Assembly (NCBI GenBank): GCA_051362555.1
Contig: CM120644.1
Location: forward strand, 876,954 to 940,953
Reading direction: 5' to 3'
DNA length: 64,000 nucleotides
Source of the DNA: Lingula anatina
Lineage: Eukaryota > Animalia > Brachiopoda
A program made the position numbers and the translations under genes. The notes under the pieces were generated by a model. That model did no database searches and was not told the origin of the DNA. It worked only from the letters and a program-made list of their open reading frames with translations. Of this stretch, positions 1 to 12,876 are shown in pieces (within the stretch, counting starts at the first letter, position 1; every line of letters begins with the position of its first letter).

Positions 1-269
1 CATGTATTGACACAGTCTTCGGGTGAAAATATGAATGCTATTGTCTATATTAACAATGAGATGCACTAATATCGATCTTTAAACCATTATAACTTTTGAG
101 AAATCATTGAAACACAGGATTTTTAGAAAGTTTTTCCAAGTATCATGCTTAATTTACAAGTGATAAGACTTGAAATCTTGCCCCAGACAAACATAGCATT
201 GTATCTAATTCAGGGGACTGCTTCCTATGGATATATTAATTTTGTAAAGATGCTCTATATAGGACAGGA

Positions 270-434
270 GGGCGTCTCGATAGTCCGAAGGTTCATTGGT
301 CCAAAAAGTGGTAACATTTTCATCGATTTTTTTTTCAAGGGTTCATTGGTCAGAAGGTTCTATAGTGAATTTCTATATAAAATATAGTTCTATATCCTTC
401 GGACTATTGAACCTTCGGACTATTGCTACGGCAC
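270..434. mobile_element. Small degenerate MITE-like inverted-repeat element
   Basis: ATAGTCCGAAGGTTCA near 280 is inverted relative to TGAACCTTCGGACTAT near 408; internal repeats of AAGGTTCATTGGTC. Confidence 0.45.
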
Positions 435-1540
435 GTAGGACAGATCAAGTGTTATTTTAGCTAATGAATTTTTATTGTTATAAATGTATAGGCATAATCA
501 GAATGCAGTTAGTTCACAAATCAAATATGGCAATACTTGAAAGTATGCTGCACAATATCCTGACAATTAATAATGAACTAGTACTATAGTTAAAGATTCC
601 CAGCCTCACACGTGCATTGTCCTAGCTAGCAGAAGCAGAGTAATAAAATCTGGGCATGGGACATGCTATATGTGCCTTATGTGATAGCTTATATTTAAAA
701 CTAAATGGAGTAGGCCTATTCAGTATCTCCTTCTCAAATTTTACAGATTACATTTAACATTTGTGAAGTTTATAGAGTGCCTAACACCACTGTTGATGTC
801 AGATTGAGTCATAGAGCACCTTAGGAAATGCTTACCAATTTACACAAGCCTGTTTCACAAAACTTACTGGTGTGCCTACAGTATGTATATCTTCTCAAGA
901 AACTTCTTCACTGTTAGTTGCTCTCCACACATGCTGCCTTTTCACTGTTGGTCTCCTAAAACATTCTTAATTTGGAAAGTTGTTAGCCATGTCACTAATG
1001 AAAAAAACTTTGAAACAGAAAAAAGAAGGTTAGTAATCAAACAGCTACTGGAATATTATTACGGACACCAGCCTACACAGCAATGTAACCTAAATAAAGT
1101 ACCTAAAACATTATTTGGATCACTTGTTTTTATCTGAAACTCAAACTGCAATAAGAAGGTATAAATCAGTACCTATTATGGTCTGTCACTTTATCATAAA
1201 CTTACAATGAAAAGCTTCTTGAATCTTTCTTACTACGTGGGTCGTACAAAACAGGCGTCGACACTATCAATACACAAAATCCCTAAAATATCACTTTTGC
1301 ATATATCCATTTCACTTGATATGCACACCAAGTCAAGAAAGTGATCTTTCATCACCTATGGAAAGTGATCTTTCATCACCTGTCAATACACCCTAAAAAA
1401 TATCAAATTCAGAGTTTGGAAAAATAATTCATCAAATCAAAGGCGACCAGACTCAAACAATTTACAAAGTCGCTGAATTATCAAATATAAATAAACGTTT
1501 CAACAAATATATATATTTTAAAAATCAGAAAGTGATCTGT

Positions 1541-1800
1541 ACTCACCTTGGGTTACATTTCGTTGGTCATTGTACCCCCAAATATCTTAAATTCGGAGTT
1601 TGAAAAAAATGTTTTACAAATCGGACGTATTTTCGCAGCCGGAAGTTTCGGTATCCAAAATGCGCATCCAAAACGTACATATTTTGGCAAGGACTTGTTT
1701 TTGCAAAACACCGGATGAATTGAGGCGAGATTTAACTACTGTACCCCTGCAGGGACGACGCATGGGGAGACGGGTGACAGGCGGAGAACCCATAACAGGT
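1541..1800. promoter_or_regulatory. Possible CpG-richer bidirectional promoter upstream of NLR-1
   Basis: ETS-type GCCGGAAGT at about 1638, locally more CpG, and a strong minus-strand donor (AG|GTGAGT at 1547/1546-1541) suggesting the first exon of a divergent gene. No transcript evidence. Confidence 0.3.
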
Positions 1801-2098
1801 TTAAGCGATCTTCCTTTCATGTAGGTCTGCCATATCTAGCATTGTTGCATGAAAAGACATTAAAATGACCTGAAATGTTTTTATTTTTGGTACAAAACAC
1901 AGGTACACGATCATAACGTACACTGTAAAAACATCCAAGTGCCTGTTTTGTCTGATTTTTTTCAATGCATTTAGCTCCTAAGCATGTTTTACACCTAAGC
2001 ATGGTGCACCTTTTTAGCCTGGATGTGTTTAGCAGTAGGACATGTTTGATGGCTAAATATACGTAGGGTATATGGCCTTTAAGTTAGGATTTACAAAG

Positions 2099-2099
<1 letters not shown>

Positions 2100-2147
<48 letters not shown>
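2100..2147. repeat. (TA)n microsatellite
   Basis: Perfect TA run. Confidence 0.95.
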
Positions 2148-2148
<1 letters not shown>

Positions 2149-2589
2149 CAAAGTCACAGTCACCTCAACCTGTCAGTCTATATCAGGGTACCGAGAACTG
2201 TCAACTTTGTTAACTTCGCTCCATTACATTTACAGCAACTTATTCATCCTAGTGTTAGCTGACCTTGCAAGGAAGTCAATGGCTAAAATACAACGTTGAG
2301 TCAACGTCACATTATGACGGTGTTTTGACGTGGCTGGATTAACGTTGATTTTACGTTGAATTAAGGTAGATCAAGGGCAATTCAACGTATCAACCTGTTT
2401 TCAACCTCTTTCTTGTGCTCCTCTAATCTAGTTTCTAGTTTTCTTCCCGTCTCTCCAACATATACTCTGTCACAACTCCCACAGCTGATCTCATATACTA
2501 TTCCACATTCTTATTGGTGATTATTAAATTACACTGCATTGCCTTAATTTCCAGATTAGAAAGGAAAGGACTTCTAAGTGACCGTTACC

Positions 2590-3400
2590 ATGGCAACATC
2601 ATTTAGAACGGACACGGACCAGGAGAATTTCTTTCGCATGAGCATTCTAATTGTAGATTATGCCATGAAAATATTGCAAGATGTTCTCCAGCTACAGCTA
2701 AGAAAAAAGTATCCCAATTTATTTGACCCCAGCACAGGGTTGCTGAATAAGGTGCTTGGTGATGCAACTGTCACAACAACACTGTTTATATTACCATCAA
2801 GAGTGTTTAATCACCACCAACGAAAACAACTCTATCCTGCTGGGAAGCCTTCCACATCAGTAACTGTTGGAGATTTAGACATCACATTGACTGTGCTTTT
2901 GTTGAGAAACATCACCACGTTGAATCCTCGTCCTCGGTCGAAAGCATGGGATAACCCCTCTGACACAGACACATCAACAGAGGCCACGATTGGGAGAGTT
3001 AAAAGATATCGGAATGTTGTGTATGGCCATGCAAACAAGGCAGCAATAAGCGATCGAGAATTCTTGGAACATTTCAGAGGGCTCAAGTCCAATCTCCAGG
3101 CTCTTTCTAGAAAGTTCACCGATGAGGAATATGACGATATATTGTCTAAACCTTTCAATGCTGCTTTACTGGAGACAAACCAAAGCATTCTCAAAGAATG
3201 GTTTGGTTATGACAAAGATGTGAAAGACGAGTTGTTAAGCATGAAAGCTACAGTGGAGGAAATGCCAAAGCAGCTTAGCCATATAGAACAGGTTCAAAAA
3301 GGTAGTGAAGACACTGTTATCAGAGAGATGAGAAGTGAAACCCAGAGTACACGTGAACAAATCGAGAAATTGGGATTTTCACTTGAACAAAAGACAGAAG
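2590..3400 (+). CDS. NLR-1 exon 1: DZIP3/hRUL138-like HEPN domain plus coiled-coil linker
   Basis: Motifs ENFFRMSILIVD, QLYP, DLDITLTVLLLRNI, IGRVKRYRNVVYGHA. Acceptor ccag at 2554 and donor AG|GTACAG at 3400. Confidence 0.8.
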
Positions 3401-5105
3401 GTACAGATTATATAATTTTAGGCATTGTTTTTATATTATAAACCAAGAAAATAACACACGATTTAAAATGCTATTGTGGCTCACATTTGGTTTTCAGGAG
3501 CAACTTTATTTTCAACATTTTTATGGATGTGAAGAAGTAAAAAGTAATGAAAAAGTATAACCACTGAGGTAAAAGATCTTTAAGATTATTGATTTGATTG
3601 CTACTACCTGAGCTTGACATCTCATTGTGTTTTGGTTTCAGAAATTAAGGACCAACTCCAAGCGATTTATGGCAGGGATCGAGACAGACCAGAAAGTCAG
3701 AAAATCCCAGGTAATGTGCTGTAATAAACTCTAGGTACAGGAAACCAGATACATCTATGCATGGGGACGTGTCTTGTTTACCACTAATTTAAGTACATTA
3801 GCATTATATATGTAGTCCGTTGTGTCCTTTCATCCTCAACTTTAAATTTGTTATATATAAGCTAGGGCATATCAACTTATATTCCTAAAATATACGTATG
3901 AGAAATCCGCTTTTTTTGTTTACAAAATAATAATACAAATATTTTGGATTGGATTATAAACAAAGTGACCCTCCCCCCCCCCTACAAAATTAAAGAAAAT
4001 CAAAGAAATTTGCTGGACTTAAACTTCAATTTTTTGTGCACGATCATTCCCAAAATTTAAAGTAATCTTGATCACTTTGCTCCAAACGGCCTCCAAGAAC
4101 TGGCAGCACACCTGCGTACACCACACAAAATGTCTATTACATAAATATATTCCTCATTCGGGATTTCCCTGATTTTTGCTGTTACTTTTCTGCAGATCAG
4201 TCTTAAAATCGCTCTCTCAGCCAGGCTGTGGAGTATTTTAAACCACAATCCATCTTGACAGCGGCGGATTTAGGGTTTCTGAAAAATATATCACACCAGT
4301 TTTCCCCTCTTGAAATTAGAATTTTGAATAGTTCTAAATCATCGTTCTAAACCGTACCAAAGGGCACTGTTTGCTCTCCAGAAAAAAAATTCAGGGCCCT
4401 TGAGCAGGCCCCCAACCCCACAACAAGGGGGCGATGGTCAGCCTCGTATTCGAGGTGTGTCGTACCGCCCCCCCCCATCTCCCCCTTCAAATAATCCTAG
4501 GTCAGCCCCTGCTTGATCTGCCACTCCACAACATTCAACGCCGCAGTGACCATTAAAAAAAGAACATAATAACTTTTATGCAAAGCTACCAAGATTACTC
4601 AAAATTTTGGTAATGATGATGCGCATACTGAAAATTAAGTCTAGGAAATTTCATGGTGATGTGATCCCCAGTACAGGTAGCCCTCTCTCCCTCTCTTGTG
4701 ATCCCCAGTACAGGTAGCCCTCTCTCCCTCTCTTGTGATCCCCAGTACAGGTAGCCCTCTCTCCCTCTCTTGTGATCCCCAGTACAGGTAGCCCTCTCTC
4801 CCTCTCTTGTGAACATACATGTATCTAGCTTAAAAATGGTAAAACTGCATGGTAATTTGTCCCTGGATCATGTAACATGATAATATGTAGCAGTATGAAG
4901 TTATTGTTTTACCCCCACCAATGAAGTTGTGTTTTTGCCTTTGTTTGTTATAGTCTATATTTGTTAAGGGCAACCAAACCCTAATAAGTTGTGGACCAAT
5001 TTTGATGAAAAATTCCGGAAAGATCAGAAAAGGGCCAGCTTAGAATTTTTAAGATTTTGGTGAGGAAAAATTCATTGATTAATGATGAAAATTAAGGTGG
5101 CTTTC

Positions 5106-5143
<38 letters not shown>

Positions 5144-8100
5144 TTATTGAGCCAATAAAATACAAATGTATAAAATCGGGAATCTTTTGCCCTGTAGTAG
5201 CGCCATTGAAATATAAAGAATGAAACTTAAAATTACATGTTAGAGTTAAAAATAGTTACTGCCGAAGGATAAAAGCTATTTAAAAATCGCTTACTACCCT
5301 TAAAAGCTAAGAGTCTCGAATTGCTAGGTAAAAATTTAAAAAAGGGTATGGGCTGGATGGGAACTGTCTGTCATTATTGATAACGTTTTGTTTTTAGTCC
5401 TGTCTAGATATATAGTATGGACGGAGTTAGATCTGTTCCAATTACAATCCCTGCAGTTTCGACGATCTTTTCCAACTTGTTCCTCTCCTCCACAGTTGCG
5501 CGTCCATTCCAAACAGTTACTGAATAAATTAAAACACTCTCTAAAACACACCTGCAAAAGTTCGTTAAAATAAACACATTTCTGGTAAAAGCTTTCAATT
5601 TCCTTAAGAAATACAGGGGCGGATTTAGGCCGTCTTCTGGGTCTTCCGGAAGACGGTCAGATTTTCAAGTTTACATTGACGGGTATCTATTTTTTTCTGT
5701 CGGAAGACGGTCAAAAAATGGAGGATGGATCATCAAATATAATATGGAAGACTGTCAGAAAATATCTCTGGATCCGCCCCTGAAATACATTCGTTGATGT
5801 GCCTTTTTCAATAGCTTCGTAATGTTATCGCCCCAGGTTAGCCTATTGAAGCACACTGAATATTTTTGTATTTCTCTGCTGAAGTCTACCTGGACACCTG
5901 AAGTAAGCAACTCTAACACAAGTGAACAATAACTAACTACTGCACTAGCTGTGCAGCTCTTTATTATAGTGCCAGTTATGCAAATGACCCAATGCTACAA
6001 GTCCAATAAATATGATTGGCCAGTTCACCACTGCATGACCACTGCAATGCAACACTTGACCATAATTGTTTGAGATGTTATCACATAGTCATATTCAGCT
6101 GATCCCCTAGTAATTTATAATTAGAAACCTGTTCGACCGCTTTACCGTTAACTTCCAAGGGATTTTTACTTATCTGATTTCTTTTGAAGTCAATAATCAT
6201 TGCTTTTGTTTTGCTCACTTTTAATATCAAGTCATTGTCTATGCACCAATTTACTAAACTTGTAACTGACTGCCTGTATGACATCTCATCATTATGGTGT
6301 ATCAAGCCGACTAAAGTTGTGTCATCGGCAAACCTCATTGAAATGTATTTTCCTCCCTCGCCACACAGTCGTGGGTGATTAACGTATATAAACAATATGA
6401 TAAGACGCAGTCCTGGGTGTGCCAGTGTTTAAAAAACTATAGTGTCCGAGAAGTTAAAACCGACTTTTACTGACTGTTTTCTGTTTAAAAGAAAATCTAA
6501 AATCCAATCGCAGAGTGCTGGTGGAAAATTAAGAGATCTTTGCTTTGTGCATGCTTTATTTTTAGTCCTTTATCTGTTTTACTCTTTTCAATTATTTTTT
6601 TTGTTTGGGGAGCTTCAGTTGGACAGTGAATTGTTATACGTGCTTTGCACATTCAAAATATGAGATTGTAGGATATTTCCAATAAGGCAACAGATAACAA
6701 TGTATTAATTTTAATTTTACAGGCAAACATGTGATGGTAGATCGCAGTACTGACAAGTCCGAAGATCATCCTGCAAAACGTAAGTCATCCCAGCCGGCAT
6801 TTGCTCTAGGACAGACAAAACTAATCCTGTGACATTGATTAATGCTTTGCTTGCTGTTTTTTAAAAAATATTTTTGAAAGGTTATGTCTTCCTTTTTATT
6901 TAACACAATATTACTTCGTGAAGGCACTTTTCATTCTTTCACAATGAATGATGAGGCTTATACCAGCCTCAAAATAAAGAAATACAATATTTTACTTGAA
7001 GTTTGATTGAAAAAATGGCACAGTGAACTTAAAAAAAGAACTTTATCCAAAACAGAAATTACATTAAGTGATATAAGTGCTGTTTGTGCTGAAGTTAAAA
7101 AGTATGTGTTATATTCTTATCCAAACTTTGAAATCAAAATATCTTTGTAAAATACAGGTACTTTTCTTTTACAGGCAGCAGGCTCCATACAATCAAACCA
7201 GATCCCCTCTATCAGGTAGGTTAAATAAGATGCTTAACCTATCAGGTAGGTTAAGCATCTTACTATATTTAAATATTTGAAACTTGTTGTTAATCAGTGG
7301 TTCATGATTTCATGAAAATATCAAACTTTTGCATCTTTCATCTTAACGCCATGTTCCATGATAACATATTTAATGATGATGGTTCATAAGCTTAAGTGTA
7401 GACAAACAATAATATTTGGGGTCTTACTAAAACCTACATTACATTTGCCATGGGCGCCATCTACTCAGTACCTCCGTTGAGACGCTGTACGAAAAGGGAA
7501 TTACGGGTAGTGTACGGGCACCGTACTTGCATCGCATTTCAAATGTAATGTTTGTTTTACATGGCTAAATAAGATATCCCCTTGTCAAGAGTACATCTTA
7601 CTATTGTAGTTCACTGGTGTTGTGCTTCTGTAGAGTTATCTTTCTCTGCTGCTTTATGAAACCACGACCTCTTATCAATTACTATTACAAGCCATGTTAT
7701 ATAGTGCACACAGTCCATATCTATATTTAAAAATCGTATGTAACATTTCATAATAGATATTGTGAATTATGAACCGGCTTCTATATTTTTTGATTTTGTC
7801 ATTTTGAGTAAGAAGTTGCTGGGTCTGATATTTCTCAGCTTTAATTGTACATTTCATTCCAGTCTGTAATATAAGCTTTAAAACCTGAATCAGTCTTCTA
7901 ATTTTCAGGCACCTGTAATGAGCCCAACTCACAACAACCTGTTGTTACAAAAGCGTCCAATGCTGATAAAAGACCTCCAAGTTGAGGACATCATCCCACA
8001 CATGGTAGCCAGGGGAATCCTCAGTGAACGTAATGCAGATAAGATAAAGGCTCAAAAGACGGAACAGGAACAAGCATTTGAATTTCTCTGTATTTTACCA

Positions 8101-10782
8101 AAATGTGGTCCTCGTGCATTTGACACCTTTGTTGAAGTGTTGAGAGAGCACAACAAGAAAGAACTCGCAGATTTGTTAGCAGAAAAGGCGACCACTTGTA
8201 GTAGTAAAAACCAAATAGCAAATTTCTACATCAGTCACATGAGCCAGATACAGCGACTGCCCTGGGACCCCGACGATACCATGCACATGGACGAAGTGTA
8301 TGTTAACTTACAGTGGGTACAAGAAGAAACCAAACCCACAGGCACTAGTTCTAAATCAGTTGAAAACTACACATCGATATTTGAAGATACCAAACAAGGC
8401 AAACGACCAAAGAGAATATTGGTCAGAGGAAAAGCAGGTATCGGCAAAACCACATTTACACAGAAGATGGCAACAGATTGGGCAAACAATGCAGTCGGAT
8501 TAAAAAAATGTGAAGAAGTTTTGTCAAAATATGAACATCTTATCATATTAAATCTACGCAGCATTCAGCCTGGTCAAACACTGAAGGAAGCAATTGGAAT
8601 ACAAATTCCTTGTTCTGCAGAAATTACGAAGGTAGTGGCAGAGGAAACCATGTATGCTCTGGACAATAACAGTGACCATGTGCTGTTGGTCTTTGACGGT
8701 TATGATGAATATGATCCCAACACTTCACAAGAAATCACAGAAGTTATCAATCGTACACGATACCAGGATGTATGCACCGTCATTACAACACGTCCATGGA
8801 AGGCAGAAGAGTTGATGAACAGACGAATAATGGACAGTGTGTATGAAATCACTGGGCTAACAAAGGACAATATAGCTCAGTATGTTGCAAATTTCTTTGA
8901 TAAGAAAGAAATAAGGAAGGGTCTTTTAAGATACCTAGATAAAATGAGTCTTATGTCTCTGGCAGAGGTCCCAATACTTTTACTATTCATTTGCCTTCTG
9001 TGGGAAGATCAGATAAATGATTCATGTTCAGGTTCACTTCCAGGTTCATACACACTGCTATATGAGAACCTCATACAGTTGCTCATAAGACGAAGATATA
9101 ACATCAGGTCACAGAAAAAAGTGAGTGAATATCTTGAAAAACTGAAACACACTTTTTTCAATATTGGTAAGCTGGCTTTAGAGGGTCTGCTTAAACCAGA
9201 TGGGGGTCTTGTATTTGATGAAGAAGATTTAAAGTTGATTCCAAACATCAGTGAGTTGTACAGTTTAGGTCTCCTCAACAAGTCCAAAGTACACTGTAAC
9301 CTTGATGTGAAATATCAAGTAACATTTCTTCATAAAACCATTCAAGAACTATTTGCTGCAGAATACCTTGCTGGGACAATAGGTGAAAATGATCATGTTT
9401 TAGATGAATTTCTGGGACGCTTAAATACTATTGACAGGCTCTACGACATGGAGTATGTGCTGCGCTTCTTATGTGGGTTATCAGAGCAGGCGATTGCCAA
9501 AGTGCGACCAAGAGCTCAAGAACTGGCGAAGATGGATGCATCTCTAAAACACATTTATTCTTCAAATACTGAAATTGAAACTAGTGGTTTATTCAACATA
9601 CAAAACCTCCCAATCAGGTTTATCGGTGTTGTTCCCTTTGACATTCATATTGCTAACAAGTACATACAACATTTTAATAACTTCCTCCTAGAACACTGGT
9701 ATGGCCACTGTCACGAGGAAAGAGATTTGACTCCTGAGCTTACCCCCTGGCACACCATACTCAGCATACCATACTCATTTAAACACTCTGATCCCAGATT
9801 TCAAGAGGTCTTGGACAACAGTTTATACAGTAACGAACAGATATGGAAAAATGTATTCCAAGATGTCACTACTGTGATTTGGGACCACACTAGAGATACA
9901 TCAAATCAAGCGATTCACTTATCAATGATATGTGAAGTATTCAGGAATCTTTCATTCATATTTTGGATTGAAGCAATATCCATGGATTCTAATTGCGCTA
10001 GCAGTGCCGTAAAACATGTATTGTCCAATGCGCCTAACTTAAACACACTTTGTATCAATAGATTCTTTGATAGTTCATGTCTATCCTTGATACCAAACCC
10101 TGCAAAATTGCGTAACCTACTTGTAAGTGACTGGGATGATCTTAGTGTACCACCGGAACTAGTAGACACTCAGATTCTTAGGCAGATGTCATCATTGAAG
10201 TATTTACATCTAGAACAAGGTACATGTGAAAGCTTGAAAAAAATTAATGGCCTATGGGGTCAGCTTCCGTTCAGTCTGACGCACTTAGTGATTAGGTATT
10301 TTCCCCTTGCTGCTGAGTGTGTCAAGATATTGGGGAAAAACCTTCATCATGTGCCAGGACTGGAATACTTAAAACTGGTACATGTGCATAATCCAGACAC
10401 ATTTCTGGAAAGGACAAATTTGAATATTACCCAGAAGTTTCTCTTAAGGAGATGGATGTATTACAAAAGCTGTCTAAAAATTGATCAGCAAGAAGATGAA
10501 AACCATGGTTGCCGGGATTATTGTGAAGCTTTGCTTGTACTGGGCCACGGTGTGACACACACTCCTAAGTTGAAATATTTCTCGTTGGCAAACAATGACT
10601 TGGGTGCGTATTGTGGTATCACCAGTCCACTCACAGCATTGGTACAGTCCCTCTGTACAGTGTCAGAGCAGACCAGAATGGAGATTGACTTATCTCTTAA
10701 TTATGTACACCATGTTGACGGTCTCAAGGAACAAATAGAGAGCATTGCCAGTTCCTACCCGCACGTGACCCTGACATTTTAG
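2590..10782 (+). CDS. NLR-1: HEPN(DZIP3-like)-coiled coil-CARD-NACHT-LRR-like protein, about 1283 aa, 5 coding exons
   Basis: Exons 2590-3400, 3642-3710, 6723-6779, 7175-7215 and 7909-10782. All are GT-AG with phases 1,1,1,0 and give one open frame. ATG in accATGG with an in-frame TAA upstream. Exon 1 has DLDITLTVLLLRN and RNVVYGH (HEPN Rx4-6H). The last exon has a CARD-like start, Walker A GKAGIGKT, Walker B LLVFDGYDE, sensor ITTRP, winged-helix FLHKTIQELFAA and LxxLxL repeats. Confidence 0.85.
4259..4511. mobile_element. Non-autonomous DNA transposon (CAG...CTG ends, 5-bp TSD)
   Basis: CAGCGGCGGATTT...GTCAGCCCCTG flanked by CTTGA on both sides. Confidence 0.6.
4661..4812. repeat. 37-bp minisatellite x4
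   Basis: GTGATCCCCAGTACAGGTAGCCCTCTCTCCCTCTCTT repeated perfectly four times. Confidence 0.95.
5106..6530 (-). mobile_element. 5'-truncated, decayed non-LTR retrotransposon (Rex1/Babar-like, CR1/L2 group) in NLR-1 intron 2
   Basis: Minus-strand RT fragments LCDWILDFL, FADDTTLVGLI...NWCIDNDLIL.VSKTK.MIIDF, QRMYFLRKLK, LESVLIYSVTVW and DSSHPAHTLF, ending in a (TTA)n tail at 5106-5143. Contains stops and frameshifts and is interrupted by insertions at 5614-5782 and about 5850-6100. Confidence 0.85.
5614..5782. mobile_element. MITE (CAGGGGCGGAT TIR family) nested in the LINE
   Basis: CAGGGGCGGATT...GATCCGCCCCTG with AAATA duplicated; near-identical copy at 42323-42490. Confidence 0.85.
7909..10782 (+). 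CDS. NLR-1 terminal exon: CARD-NACHT-LRR-like
   Basis: 954-aa ORF 7918-10782 extended to the acceptor at 7908; NACHT motifs intact. Confidence 0.92.
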   Translation, partial: APVMSPTHNNLLLQKRPMLIKDLQVEDIIPHMVARGILSERNADKIKAQKTEQEQAFEFLCILPKCGPRAFDTFVEVLREHNKKELADLLAEKATTCSSKNQIANFYISHMSQIQRLPWDPDDTMHMDEVYVNLQWVQEETKPTGTSSKSVENYTSIFEDTKQGKRPKRILVRGKAGIGKTTFTQKMATDWANNAVGLKKCEEVLSKYEHLIILNLRSIQPGQTLKEAIGIQIPCSAEITKVVAEETMYALDNNSDHVLLVFDGYDEYDPNTSQEITEVINRTRYQDVCTVITTRPWKAEELMNRRIMDSVYEITGLTKDNIAQYVANFFDKKEIRKGLLRYLDKMSLMSLAEVPILLLFICLLWEDQINDSCSGSLPGSYTLLYENLIQLLIRRRYNIRSQKKVSEYLEKLKHTFFNIGKLALEGLLKPDGGLVFDEEDLKLIPNISELYSLGLLNKSKVHCNLDVKYQVTFLHKTIQELFAAEYLAGTIGENDHVLDEFLGRLNTIDRLYDMEYVLRFLCGLSEQAIAKVRPRAQELAKMDASLKHIYSSNTEIETSGLFNIQNLPIRFIGVVPFDIHIANKYIQHFNNFLLEHWYGHCHEERDLTPELTPWHTILSIPYSFKHSDPRFQEVLDNSLYSNEQIWKNVFQDVTTVIWDHTRDTSNQAIHLSMICEVFRNLSFIFWIEAISMDSNCASSAVKHVLSNAPNLNTLCINRFFDSSCLSLIPNPAKLRNLLVSDWDDLSVPPELVDTQILRQMSSLKYLHLEQGTCESLKKINGLWGQLPFSLTHLVIRYFPLAAECVKILGKNLHHVPGLEYLKLVHVHNPDTFLERTNLNITQKFLLRRWMYYKSCLKIDQQEDENHGCRDYCEALLVLGHGVTHTPKLKYFSLANNDLGAYCGITSPLTALVQSLCTVSEQTRMEIDLSLNYVHHVDGLKEQIESIASSYPHVTLTF

Positions 10783-11993
10783 ACAATGTAACTTCTTTGG
10801 GCAGATTTTTCTTGTGAAGAGTAATCGGAGGGATTGCTGTCATGTACTGTGTTTATAAGCATAAATTTCCTGGTCGAGATACAGTCTTAAAAAGCATGAG
10901 TGGATAAAGAAAAAAAAAAACATACGGAGATTATTTGTAAAATGATGCATATGTAGTGGCCATTAAAAGTGGGGAACGTGCTCCAGTTTGCCTTCCCCTT
11001 TACAAAACTTGATGTGAGTGATAATATTGTTTTTTCATTTTATCACCATGTTCATGTCCTGGCCGTAATGGTGCAATAATTGTAAAATTTAAAGATATTG
11101 TATTTTAACGAACAGACACAGATGTGGCTGAGCATATACATGTAGTTGTCACTGTTGTAAGAGGATTTAAACTAATCGAAATTTAATGTAAAATAATGCA
11201 CATGCATAGTGGACATTTAACGCAGGACCGCGTTGTTTAAAGGTTGTCTCACCTACACTTGCCAACTTGGATTGAAAATATTGTATGGCACCCTTCCTTT
11301 AGTTACAAGGGTTGAGGTTAGCCTGAACTTAGTGGTTCAACATCCAGGGTGAGGATCACCTGTATGAATGGGTAGCAGACATTCTGTTATGGGGGACTCT
11401 CTGTCACGTGACACCGGCATGCCAGTATTGGCTGACTGCAAGTGCACCGGCAATTTGAAGCTTTTCTCCACTGTGTAGTGTATTCGAAATGGCATTAACA
11501 TGTTATAATTAAAATGAGTGTATAAATGGTCATACATATATATATATAAAGTAGTTTGTTTGTAATTTATGTAAGTTGTAAATAAAATAGTTTTATAAGG
11601 TTAAACATTTTTTCTTATATGCATGCCCATTATTTGGAACACAATAAATTGCTCACGGCATTTAATAATTTAAGTGTAAATTACATCTATGCCATTGTTA
11701 GCATTCCCTGTTGATAAAATAGCCATATGCATGCAAAACACCTTTATAAGGCATTCGGAATAACTTGATACGCGGACTAGCAGATCCGAGGACTAAACTC
11801 GGCCGAGTCACTTACAAGGAGTGCTGACTAATTCTCTAATGGCCTCCCTGCCTCCACATGCGCCGACGCTGCAAGGACTTGGCAATTAAACCTCAAAGCC
11901 AAGATTTAATACAATTGATGACGCGTTTGGAGGCGGGGAGATCATCAAGGGTTTAAGACTTATCGTCCATAAAACCAAAAGTAGAAAAAAACT

Positions 11994-12305
11994 CCACTGT
12001 CACATACTGTCACATCTAACACAATCCACTGTCACATACGGTCACATCTAACACAATCCACTGTCACATACTGTCACATCTAACACAATCCACTGTCACA
12101 TACTGTCACAGCTAACACAATCCACGGCCACATACTGTCACATCTAACACAATCCACTGTCACATACTGTCACATCTAACACAATCCACTGCCACATACT
12201 GTCACATCTAACACAATCCACTGTCACATCTAACACAATCCACTGCCACATACTGTCACATCTAACATAACCCACTGTCACATACTGTCACATCTAACAC
12301 AATAC
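11994..12305. repeat. About 32-bp minisatellite (CCACTGTCACATACTGTCACATCTAACACAAT)
   Basis: About 10 units; a shorter homologous array lies at 27183-27308. Confidence 0.9.
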
Positions 12306-12876
12306 AACGTCAATACACATAATACAATACAACGTCAAATTCATACATCACTTATATCATTGCTTATGGAAATTGTGTATTTTATTTTTACTTGGCAATG
12401 TGTCGCATTTTGAACTTAAAGAATTGGAATGTATGTTGTTGGGGGTTCGGAGTAACGGTTTGCAGTAGTATCCTTACGGGAGATTATCGGTGCTGGGATA
12501 TAAAGACGCAGGGGAGTGTCGATGAGGGGAAGTATTGGTTCAGGGGAGTATAGGATGTGATAGTACTGGTGAATGATTTCTATATATTCTTCCTCTGCCG
12601 TGAAATGGGCTCCGTACTCCCCCGAATTGATGTAAGAACACTTAACGGACCAATAGAGACCTGGGCTCGGAATCTCGAAAGGATCGCTATGTTGCGCACG
12701 CGCTATAGCATAGCTAGCGTGCGCTATTTGCTAGTGCGATTGCACCCACCTGCTATCTCGAAGCCTTAGCAAACGCAACGCAATAAATGCCTGCCCGGAA
12801 GTACAATGTTAGTCTCGAACACACGCCAAGCGGTTCTTTTTTGTTTGGAGGGACGATATAGAAAATCGCACGTGAA

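Noticed and set aside
2578-3441. Stand-alone 287-aa HEPN protein with a hydrophobic C-terminal tail (YIILGIVFIL)
   Set aside because: The tail is read-through into the intron after a good donor at 3400 and downstream exons continue the frame; an intron-retained form cannot be excluded but has no support.
11994-12305. 32-bp repeats of CRISPR-like length
   Set aside because: Contiguous tandem units without spacers, so a minisatellite.
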